Assembly: GCF_000299365.1 (NCBI RefSeq)
Contig: NC_018655.1
Span: forward strand, 1,050,001 to 1,082,000
Reading direction: 5' to 3'
Length of the DNA stretch: 32,000 nt
From: Candidatus Nitrosopumilus koreensis AR1
Lineage (GTDB): Archaea > Thermoproteota > Nitrososphaeria > Nitrososphaerales > Nitrosopumilaceae
Below, piece after piece: positions 7,565 to 15,312 of the stretch (its first letter is position 1; each line of letters starts with the position of its first letter). The position numbers and the translations under genes are program-made. The notes under the pieces were generated by a model that had not been told where the DNA came from, made no database searches, and worked only from the letters and a program-made list of their open reading frames with translations.

Positions 7565-9457
7565 ATGAAAATAGTTACCAAGACATATCTTTTGATTTCG
7601 GTGTTGGTTGCCGTAGCTGCGTTTAATTTATTTTTATTATATCAAGAAGGTTCAGGAGTACAAAACGAATCAAACTCCATTATCAGAGTGGCAGATATCA
7701 AAGTCAAGGCAGAATCTATTTCAGGATTTGCAGAGTTGATTGCAAATGGAAACATGGAAAACATGGAAGGGTTAGAAGAAGAAATCGACAATGTAGAACA
7801 GATACTAGAAAGTGTCAGAAACGGCGGAAGTATTGAAGGAACAGAAATTGCAAAAGCTCCTACCTCAGAAATTTTTACACAATTAAATCAAGTTTTAACA
7901 GAATGGGAAGAATATAGATTCAAGGTAGAGAATGTAAAAGACACACCAGTATTTGACGAGGAAGCTACGAATGCAGCTAATTACGTATTAGAAAAAAATC
8001 AAGATCTTGTCTTACTTACAGATCAATTAGTCAGAGACTTGAATGAATTAGATAGAGATTACAACAGACACAAGCAGATTGCTGAAGAATTGGCAGAATG
8101 TGCTAGAGGTATAAGTCAACAGACTTTGTTGATATCAATTGGAGAAGAAGGCAGTTCACAAGAATCTCTAAAAGAAAAAAGAGTTGGATTTGAAATAGGA
8201 CTCAGAAAGCTGTTAGGAATTTCCACGCAGGAACTAGATGTTCAAAGTGTAGGAGCAGAACACGAGGATTTGGATCCAATTCCCAGAGCCAACTCAGACA
8301 CACTAAGACAATTAGAACCATTATGGGAATCCATTCAGATTAGAATACAAGTTCTAGAAGAGAGGGCACTTTTATCACCAGAGTTCAATGTTGCAAAAAA
8401 TGAAATGATGGAACAAAAAGAAGTTTTATTTGAAAAAGTCAATAGCGTAATCAATGCCTGGAATGCAAAATTAGCTTCTGAAAAATCATCAAATGAAGTA
8501 GTTGTTGAAATACTATTAGCTGCAAATATTCTAATCTTCATAGCTGTTGTGTTAATAATCAAACAATCACTATCGCCATTAAACTCAATCACACGTGCAA
8601 TTTCCAAAGTAAAAGAAGGAGTATACGGTGAGAAAATTGAATATTCAGGTTCTGACGAAGTAGGAGAATTAGTTTCCAACTTTAACATAATGTCAGATAC
8701 CATCAAAGCAAAAGATGAAGAGGCAAAACAAACAGATATTGCAAAAGATGAATTTCTTGCAATGATCACACATGAATTAAAGACACCTCTTGTTCCAATT
8801 CAAGGATATTCAGACATCCTACTTAGTGAGCATTTAGGAAAATTAACGGATAAACAAAAAGAAAGAATCAAAATCATCAAAGATAGTTCTGCAACATTGT
8901 TAGCAATCATATCAGATTTGCTAGATGCACAGAAACTAGAATTAGGCCAATTAAGAATGAAAAAAGAAAACAGAAACATCAATGAAACAATATGTAGTGC
9001 AGTAAATGCGTTATTGCCAGAAGCTCAAAGAAACAACATTGAATTGACTTTAAACACTAGAGATTTAGAAATAAATCATGATCCTGAAAGAATAAAACAA
9101 GTCATTACCAACTTGGTAAAAAATAGTTTAACAGCAGTGAAACCAGATACAGGTAAAATACATGTTTCAATGGAAGAGTCTCCAACTGAAATCAAAGTTC
9201 TAGTCAAAGATAACGGAATTGGAATTCCAATTGACAAACAAGCAGATCTATTCAAAAAATTCTATCAAGTAGATGCTACTCTTACAAGAGAGATGGGCGG
9301 AAGTGGTTTAGGTCTGGCAATTTGTAAGGGAATAATAGACAATCATGAAGGCCAAATTACAGTACAAAGCAGTCCAAATCAAGGGGCAGTATTTTCATTT
9401 ACGTTGCCAAAAGGAGAAAAGAGCAAAAGTTCTCGAAATCCCATAGGAACTGCTTAA
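7565..9457 (+). CDS. Membrane sensor histidine kinase (2 TM, large extracytoplasmic domain, HAMP, HisKA, HATPase_c)
   Basis: ORF track 7511..9457 starts at GTG; the ATG at 7565 (MKIVTKTYLLISVLV) is preferred. It has the H-box ITHELKTPL, N-box ITNLVKNSLTA, G1 DNGIGIP and G2 GGSGLGLAICKGI. There is no C-terminal receiver, so it is not a hybrid kinase. Confidence 0.85.
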   Translation: MKIVTKTYLLISVLVAVAAFNLFLLYQEGSGVQNESNSIIRVADIKVKAESISGFAELIANGNMENMEGLEEEIDNVEQILESVRNGGSIEGTEIAKAPTSEIFTQLNQVLTEWEEYRFKVENVKDTPVFDEEATNAANYVLEKNQDLVLLTDQLVRDLNELDRDYNRHKQIAEELAECARGISQQTLLISIGEEGSSQESLKEKRVGFEIGLRKLLGISTQELDVQSVGAEHEDLDPIPRANSDTLRQLEPLWESIQIRIQVLEERALLSPEFNVAKNEMMEQKEVLFEKVNSVINAWNAKLASEKSSNEVVVEILLAANILIFIAVVLIIKQSLSPLNSITRAISKVKEGVYGEKIEYSGSDEVGELVSNFNIMSDTIKAKDEEAKQTDIAKDEFLAMITHELKTPLVPIQGYSDILLSEHLGKLTDKQKERIKIIKDSSATLLAIISDLLDAQKLELGQLRMKKENRNINETICSAVNALLPEAQRNNIELTLNTRDLEINHDPERIKQVITNLVKNSLTAVKPDTGKIHVSMEESPTEIKVLVKDNGIGIPIDKQADLFKKFYQVDATLTREMGGSGLGLAICKGIIDNHEGQITVQSSPNQGAVFSFTLPKGEKSKSSRNPIGTA

Positions 9458-9525
9458 AGAAAACAAGCTCCGAGAACTAAAATCGCTCACTCTGTTCAAA
9501 AAATGTTAATTTAACAAAACACAAC

Positions 9526-9663
9526 ATGGACAGGTACGAAAAAAACAAGGAGTTTTACAAAAACTGTACGCAATACTTTGAATTCTTACGAAAAGTTGGA
9601 AAGACAGACTATGAGTTTGAAGACGAATATTATTTCACCATGCCTGCAATTTCCAGCAGTTAG
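9526..9663 (+). CDS. Candidate small protein (45 aa, Tyr/Phe/Glu-rich)
   Basis: Hand-found ORF below the track cut-off: MDRYEKNKEFYKNCTQYFEFLRKVGKTDYEFEDEYYFTMPAISSS*. It fills an otherwise empty 246-nt gap. I recognise no homology. Confidence 0.25.
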   Translation: MDRYEKNKEFYKNCTQYFEFLRKVGKTDYEFEDEYYFTMPAISSS

Positions 9664-9703
9664 AGACCAGAAGACTTAGGAATACCATAAAGTTTCATAG
9701 CGT

Positions 9704-11125
9704 ATGGACACTCAACTAGAAGAGTTAACAGATTATGCTATAAAATATGCAAGTGATTCAGGGGCACAATATTGCGATGTAAGATCTGAAGAACAAGAAA
9801 GAGAATCAGTGTTAATTGAAAATGGAGAAACAGAATATGTCAGAACAATTAATGATTCAGGGATAGGAATAAGATTAATCAAAGATGGGACATGGAGTTT
9901 TAGCTCAATTACAAATCCGAAATCAAAAGAGCAAATTAAAAAAGCAATAGATGAAGCCGTCAAAAATTCAGTTCATTATGCAAAAAACAGAAAAGAGCAA
10001 TTTTCTCTTTACCCAAACCCCAGCATAAAGAAAAAGATAGACTACAAAGTACTACAAAAACCAAACTTGGATGAATTGATCAAAATAGGTACAATGTGTG
10101 ATAAGATTATTTCAGATACACCAAAAATTATCAAGTCAGTGATAAATCCATGGTACACAAATAATTCAAAATATTTTGTAAACAGTGAAGGTTCAAAAAT
10201 TTTACAGAGTTTTTCAGATGTAGTAATTGACATGATTGCGACTGCACACGAATATGGAATAACCCAATCAGTAAACATTACAGAAGGAGGAAGGGGAGGA
10301 ATGGAACAAATCATCAACAAAGATAAAGCTCAAAACAGTGCACAGAAAATTGCCAAAAAAGCATCTGAATTGTTATCAGCAAAGCCTGCAAAAGAGGAAA
10401 AAGCAACAGTTGTCATGAATCCTGACTTTGTATCATTACTCACACATGAGATTTTAGGTCACCCATCTGAGGCAGACAGAGTTTTGGGAAAAGAGATGGC
10501 ATGGGCAGGGGGAGCATGGTGGAAAGGTATGATTGGAGAAAAAATTGGTTCTGAAAAATTAAATGTTTTTGATGATCCTACCATCGAAGAAAGTTTAGGA
10601 TGGTATAATTTTGATGATGAAGGTGTTGAGACAAAAAAGACAACACTAGTTGAAGAAGGAGTTTTGAAGAACCACATGCAAAACAGGGAAACAGGACAAA
10701 TTTTCAATGTTGCTCCTACAGGAAACATGAGAGCAACAAACTATCGATTCATGCCATTAATTCGAATGGCATGTACATGTGTTGGAAATGGAGATTGGAA
10801 AGTAGATGAAATGATAAAAGAAGTAAAAAACGGATATCTAATTTCAAATATGAAAATTCCATCAATAGACATGAAGAGATACAATTGGAGTATATCATGT
10901 CAATATGCACAAAAAATTGAGAATGGAGAAGTAACAGACTTGCTTAGGGATGTAATCGTGATGGGAATTGCCCCAGAATTTTTCCAATCAATTGATGCAT
11001 GTGGTAACGACTTTACGATAAGGCCGATTACAAATTGCGGTAAAGGTGACCCAATGCAATCAATGATTATGGGCAATGGAGGACCATCAATTAGAGGAAC
11101 TGCAACAGTAAAGAGCGTGAACTAG
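9704..11125 (+). CDS. tldD: TldD/PmbA-family metallopeptidase (TldD-like)
   Basis: ORF track, 473 aa. It has the HExxxH motif HEILGHPSEADR and family-typical length and C-terminal Gly-rich region. Confidence 0.8.
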   Translation: MDTQLEELTDYAIKYASDSGAQYCDVRSEEQERESVLIENGETEYVRTINDSGIGIRLIKDGTWSFSSITNPKSKEQIKKAIDEAVKNSVHYAKNRKEQFSLYPNPSIKKKIDYKVLQKPNLDELIKIGTMCDKIISDTPKIIKSVINPWYTNNSKYFVNSEGSKILQSFSDVVIDMIATAHEYGITQSVNITEGGRGGMEQIINKDKAQNSAQKIAKKASELLSAKPAKEEKATVVMNPDFVSLLTHEILGHPSEADRVLGKEMAWAGGAWWKGMIGEKIGSEKLNVFDDPTIEESLGWYNFDDEGVETKKTTLVEEGVLKNHMQNRETGQIFNVAPTGNMRATNYRFMPLIRMACTCVGNGDWKVDEMIKEVKNGYLISNMKIPSIDMKRYNWSISCQYAQKIENGEVTDLLRDVIVMGIAPEFFQSIDACGNDFTIRPITNCGKGDPMQSMIMGNGGPSIRGTATVKSVN

Positions 11126-11716
11126 ATGAACCAGTTAGAAAAGATAAGGCAGAATGTAATAGAATGCACAAAATGTGATTTGTGCAAAACCAGAACAAAT
11201 TCTGTTCCAGGTAAAGGGAATTTTCAGTCAGATGTTATCTTTGTAGGAGAAGCACCAGGGAGAAATGAGGACAAAAATGGAGAGCCATTTGTAGGAACAG
11301 CAGGAAAAAAACTCTCAGCAGCACTTGAGGAAGCAGGGGTTTCCAGAGAAAAAGTATACATCACAAATGTTGTAAAATGCAGGCCGCCAAACAACAGAGT
11401 GCCAAATACAAAAGAAAGAGACACTTGCAGAGAATATCTAAAAAAAGAGATTTTCATAATAAAACCAAAAATTATCTGCATATTGGGAAATACAGCATTT
11501 AATTCAATTTTAGGAGGTTCAGAGATTACAAAATTCAGAGGAAAACTAGTTAGAAAAGACAACCAATTGTATTTTTTGACAATTCATCCTGCAGCAACAA
11601 TATACAATCAAGAATTAATTTCCACATTAAAAAATGACATTGCAAGGCTCTTTGATTTAATCAGAGAATTAAAAAACAACAAAGAGATTCCTGTAGATAT
11701 TGAATACACTTCCTAG
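11126..11716 (+). CDS. udg: Uracil-DNA glycosylase, family 4 (Fe-S type)
   Basis: ORF track, 196 aa. It has CTKCDLC...GEAPGRNEDKNGEPFVGTAGKKL...NVVKCRPPNNRVP...C...HPAA, i.e. the four Cys plus family-4 motifs A and B. It starts immediately after the tldD stop. Confidence 0.85.
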   Translation: MNQLEKIRQNVIECTKCDLCKTRTNSVPGKGNFQSDVIFVGEAPGRNEDKNGEPFVGTAGKKLSAALEEAGVSREKVYITNVVKCRPPNNRVPNTKERDTCREYLKKEIFIIKPKIICILGNTAFNSILGGSEITKFRGKLVRKDNQLYFLTIHPAATIYNQELISTLKNDIARLFDLIRELKNNKEIPVDIEYTS

Positions 11717-12256
11717 AAGATTTTATCTTCAAGATACAGTTATTGTTGCAAAAAATCTTTTAGGTAAAAAAATTATCAGAAAAATAGGAAGAACCGAAAT
11801 TTCAGGAATAATTACAGAAACAGAAGCTTATAGACACAAAGATGATCCTGCAAGTCACGCATTTAGTAAAATTACTGACAGAAACAAAGTAATGTTTGGT
11901 GAAGTGGGAATGGCGTATGTCTATTTCACATATGGAATGTATTATTGCTTTAATGTAGTAGCTAAAAATCCACGAGTTGGTGCAGGGGCAGTTTTGATTA
12001 GAGCAATTGAGCCAGAAAAAGGAAAAAAAGAGATGCTAAAAAACAGAAATAAAACAGACATGAAAAATCTCACAAATGGACCTGCAAAACTAACCCAAGC
12101 ATTAGGAATTACAAAGGAGCACTATGGTGTAGATTTGACAAAAAATTCAAAACTGTACATCACAGAAGGCATAAAACCAAAAAAATTGTTTCATCCCCCA
12201 GAATAGGAATTAAAAAAGCAACAGACAAGTTATGGAACTTCAAAATTGGTATCTAG
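11700..12256 (+). CDS. mpg: 3-methyladenine (alkylpurine) DNA glycosylase, Mpg/AAG family; the C-terminus is displaced by a frameshift at an A7 run
   Basis: ORF track 11700..12206 (TTG start, 168 aa) contains FY..DT..VAKNLLGK...ETEAY...DPASHA. The family's C-terminal signature is in the -1 frame: 12185..12256 reads IVSSPRIGIKKATDKLWNFKIGI*. Reading A8 instead of A7 at 12179-12185 joins them. Confidence 0.8.
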
Positions 12257-12885
12257 TCTTTGTTGTTTTCATCCAAAGTCCAAGGAGCAAATTTGCCAAG
12301 AATTCTTTGCCAATCTAATCTCAAAAGCAAAACCACAACTGTAGTCATCATAGCTCCAAAAATAATAATTCCAATGTAAACTGGAGTTGCATCATCAATG
12401 TTTTCTAATAACGGTTCAACCAAAGACAGACCAAGGTAATGAGAAACAAAAACTATGGTGTAGCTTAGAACAAATTTTCCTGTAAGTGTTGCAATAAAGA
12501 ATCTTTTTGGATTATACTTTGCAAGCCCTAAAGGGACATAAACTAAATCATCTGGAATCGGAGTTGCAGCTGCAAAGAACGCAGCTCCTGCACCGTATCT
12601 TTTTACCAATCTCTCAAAGGGGCGCATCCTTTTTCGGGTTTTTTCATTGATAATTTTCCTTCCACCATAACTGACATAGAATATGATCTGTTTTGCGACA
12701 GTTGCAGTAATTGCAGACAAGATTGCCAAGACATGTAGATCAAATTGATCACCTACAGACATTGTTGCAAGTAATAGGAACCCAGGTAAAGGAACAAAAG
12801 GAACAAGAGATCCAAAAAAGTTGACAAGTGACAAACTAAGATAGCCTACTTCAGGGGCAAATGGAAAAAGGTCAACAAAATCCAC
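12253..12885 (-). CDS. Polytopic membrane protein, DedA/VTT (SNARE-associated)-like
   Basis: ORF track, 210 aa with multiple TM helices. The loop YGGRKIINEKTRKRMRPFERLVKRYGAGAAFFAAATPIPDD resembles the DedA/VTT core. The assignment is tentative. Confidence 0.5.
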   Translation of the reverse strand: MDFVDLFPFAPEVGYLSLSLVNFFGSLVPFVPLPGFLLLATMSVGDQFDLHVLAILSAITATVAKQIIFYVSYGGRKIINEKTRKRMRPFERLVKRYGAGAAFFAAATPIPDDLVYVPLGLAKYNPKRFFIATLTGKFVLSYTIVFVSHYLGLSLVEPLLENIDDATPVYIGIIIFGAMMTTVVVLLLRLDWQRILGKFAPWTLDENNKD

Positions 12886-12975
12886 TGTTCAAACTGTTTT
12901 CATGTGTTATTTAATTAAAACTAGATAAGAAAATACAACAATCATTAAAATATCATATTTTAACAACCCCAGTAA

Positions 12976-13350
12976 ATGGTAAAAAAAGACTACAAGAAAA
13001 TTTGTGATGAAATTGCAGCAATTAGTCCCTATATCAGATTTGTAGGAGTGATAGGAGAAAGTGGGGATTTACTGGCATATAGAAGAAGAGATGACTTGGT
13101 GCCTTTATTGAATGCAAAAAATACCCAGTATCAGTTCTCACATATTGCCATAAAGACCGATTTGGAAGGATTTTTTGATAAAAATCTAGGCGAAATAGAG
13201 TTTGTATGGGAAGAAAGGAAAAAAGTCCAGACCATATCATTTGCAATTAAAAAAGAAAGAGTATGGATTTCAATTGATAAAAAAGTAATCAGATCAGAGA
13301 TGCTCAGAATCATTGATTCCTGTTTACCAATTGTAAAAAAATATTCTTAG
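12976..13350 (+). CDS. Conserved hypothetical protein with a weak Roadblock/LC7-like appearance
   Basis: ORF track, 124 aa. VGVIGESGDLLAYRR is reminiscent of Roadblock/MglB-type domains, but I cannot confirm this by eye. It stops at TAG 13348-13350. Confidence 0.5.
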   Translation: MVKKDYKKICDEIAAISPYIRFVGVIGESGDLLAYRRRDDLVPLLNAKNTQYQFSHIAIKTDLEGFFDKNLGEIEFVWEERKKVQTISFAIKKERVWISIDKKVIRSEMLRIIDSCLPIVKKYS

Positions 13351-13353
13351 AAA

Positions 13354-13449
13354 TTGAAATGCCCATATTGTGAAATTGATTTGGATTCACTTAGCATGAC
13401 TGATGGCTTGAAGCATGTTTTAGAGCATAAAAAAGAAAATCAAAATTAA
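13354..13449 (+). CDS. Candidate C2H2-like zinc-finger mini-ORF (31 codons, TTG start), in frame with the preceding gene
   Basis: Hand-found: (L/M)KCPYCEIDLDSLSMTDGLKHVLEHKKENQN*. The pattern is CxxC...HxxxH. It shares the reading frame of 12976..13350, separated from it only by TAG AAA. Confidence 0.25.
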   Translation: MKCPYCEIDLDSLSMTDGLKHVLEHKKENQN

Positions 13450-13480
13450 CTTTTTTGTATAACTACAATTATCATACAAC

Positions 13481-13774
13481 ATGGATGAACCTGATGAGAT
13501 TCAAAAATTAATTGATGAGATTAGTTTTCGAAAATCAAACTCTAAAGATTACAAGAAAATGAGAGTGGAGGAAATAAGCAAAGAACTTAGAGACATTATG
13601 AAATTTGAGCAAGAATCTTTTAAGAAAATTGAAGAATTTGAAAAAACACAAGACAACCCAGATTTAGTCAAATATGCTAAGATGATTTGCAAAAATACTA
13701 CACAGAGAGAAATCACACAGATTCAAGATGTGTATCTAGAAAAAATAGACAAAGAATATCTAAAATCAAAATAG
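13481..13774 (+). CDS. Hypothetical, highly charged, probably helical protein
   Basis: ORF track, 97 aa, Lys/Glu-rich. A TATA-like tgtataac box lies about 25 nt upstream of the ATG. Confidence 0.5.
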   Translation: MDEPDEIQKLIDEISFRKSNSKDYKKMRVEEISKELRDIMKFEQESFKKIEEFEKTQDNPDLVKYAKMICKNTTQREITQIQDVYLEKIDKEYLKSK

Positions 13775-13775
13775 A

Positions 13776-14711
13776 TTATTGATCTTCATATAACCAGCAT
13801 CTAACATATCCAGTTTCAGTTTTAAATTTAGGCGGAAGTTGCTTACATTTTTCAACTGCCAAAGGACACCTGTCAATAAATCTACATTGTGTTGGCGCAT
13901 CAAGTAAGCTTGGAGGAATGCCTTTGATGTATTTTGGTTTGTCTCCCTTTAGTGTTGGAATCGATTCTAAAAGTCCTTGAGTGTATGGATGTTTTGGATT
14001 TTTGTAAATTTCTTCAGAGGAACCAAATTCTACCATTTGTCCACCATACATGATGCCAATCTTCTCTGCAATCTCAGACAGTACGGCCAAATCGTGCGTA
14101 ATTAGCATAAAGGACATGCCCGATTTCTTTAGAGATTTTAAAAGATTGATGATTTGAGCTTGGATTAATACATCAAGTGCAGTGGTAGGCTCATCTGCAA
14201 TCACAAATTTTGGTTTTAGCAGCAAAGCCATGGCAATTACAACTCTTTGCTTCATACCACCACTAAGCTCATGAGGATATTTTTTCAGTACATTTTCATC
14301 AAGGTTTACAGAATTCATTGCATCAGAAATTATCTGTTTTGAGTCACCATCAAAATGATGCTGTTTTAAAATTTCAAGAAATTGTTCATTGATGGTAAAA
14401 ACAGGATCAAGTGAGTTCATTGCTCCTTGAAATACCATAGAGATTTTTTTCCATCGAAATGCATTATCAAATTTAGTTTCATCAACATCTAAGATAGAAT
14501 CACCATCAAAAATTATCTTACCTTGTGTTTTTCCTCCAACAAGCATTCGAATAATAGACAATCCCAAAGTACTTTTCCCACATGCACTCTCACCTGCAAT
14601 TCCTATGGATTCTCCATCTTCTAATGTAAAGTCAACATCATCTACGGCATAAACTGGACATTTTGATGAATCATATCGTGATGTTAATCCATCAACAGTT
14701 AGAAATGCCAT
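13776..14711 (-). CDS. ABC transporter ATP-binding protein, oligopeptide/dipeptide/nickel (OppD/DppD) type
   Basis: ORF track, 311 aa. It has Walker A GESACGKST, signature LSGGMKQR, Walker B VIADEPTTALD, and the Opp/Dpp C-terminal extension HPYTQGLL...CRFIDRCPLAVEKC. Confidence 0.85.
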   Translation of the reverse strand: MAFLTVDGLTSRYDSSKCPVYAVDDVDFTLEDGESIGIAGESACGKSTLGLSIIRMLVGGKTQGKIIFDGDSILDVDETKFDNAFRWKKISMVFQGAMNSLDPVFTINEQFLEILKQHHFDGDSKQIISDAMNSVNLDENVLKKYPHELSGGMKQRVVIAMALLLKPKFVIADEPTTALDVLIQAQIINLLKSLKKSGMSFMLITHDLAVLSEIAEKIGIMYGGQMVEFGSSEEIYKNPKHPYTQGLLESIPTLKGDKPKYIKGIPPSLLDAPTQCRFIDRCPLAVEKCKQLPPKFKTETGYVRCWLYEDQ

Positions 14712-14793
14712 ATATTGTTCATATCCAAACTAGAATTTTTGTTTTGTACTAAGGGATATAAACAACTCTATCAGAATGTAAAAAGCGATTCAA

Positions 14794-15312
14794 ATGAAAC
14801 TACCAATATGTGGCTTTGATGCAAAAAATGCTATACTTTGTCCACAATGCGAAAGCAAGGTTGAATCAGGAAAAATAACACAAGCAGATGTTGAAGCATC
14901 TATGATCTTAGCTAAAATTGCAAAATCAAATAACGAGATTGAAAACTTTACACTATACTCTTGCAGAGAATTTCAAGGAAATTTTGTTTTGTCTTTGGCA
15001 AAAAACGACATCATGATAATTAGACAAAGCAGAACGCTGTACAGACTGCTTCAAGATCAATTCAAGGGTAAAATTTGGCTTGTAGAGGCAGATGAAACAG
15101 ATAAGAAATTCATAGAAGATTTGTTCTTTCCAACAAAGATTCTTTCAATTAACTCAGTTTGGGCCCCAGGAGGAGTTCAAAAGACAAAGGCAGTGGTTTC
15201 AGGCAAATGGACACCAAGATTTCCAATAGATACAGAAAAAGTAGTCGAGATTGTAAAAAATGCCCGAAACCTTGACATTGAGATAGAATTTGAGGATAAG
15301 GGTAGAAAATAA
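14794..15312 (+). CDS. Hypothetical protein with an N-terminal zinc ribbon; possibly RNA-binding
   Basis: ORF track, 172 aa. It has CGFDAKNAILCPQC at the N-terminus. Its stop overlaps the aspS ATG (TAATG). A TATA-like gatataaa box sits at 14755-14762. Confidence 0.55.
   Translation: MKLPICGFDAKNAILCPQCESKVESGKITQADVEASMILAKIAKSNNEIENFTLYSCREFQGNFVLSLAKNDIMIIRQSRTLYRLLQDQFKGKIWLVEADETDKKFIEDLFFPTKILSINSVWAPGGVQKTKAVVSGKWTPRFPIDTEKVVEIVKNARNLDIEIEFEDKGRK

Noticed and set aside
8335-8982. Minus-strand ORFs of 144 and 60 aa inside the histidine kinase gene
   Set aside because: They are antisense to a kinase with complete HAMP, H-box, N, G1 and G2 motifs. Such shadow ORFs are typical in AT-rich sequence.
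13348-13350. TAG as a pyrrolysine codon
   Set aside because: No pyl genes are visible, and established knowledge gives no reason to expect Pyl decoding in this lineage. Many other genes in the window end in TAG as ordinary stops.
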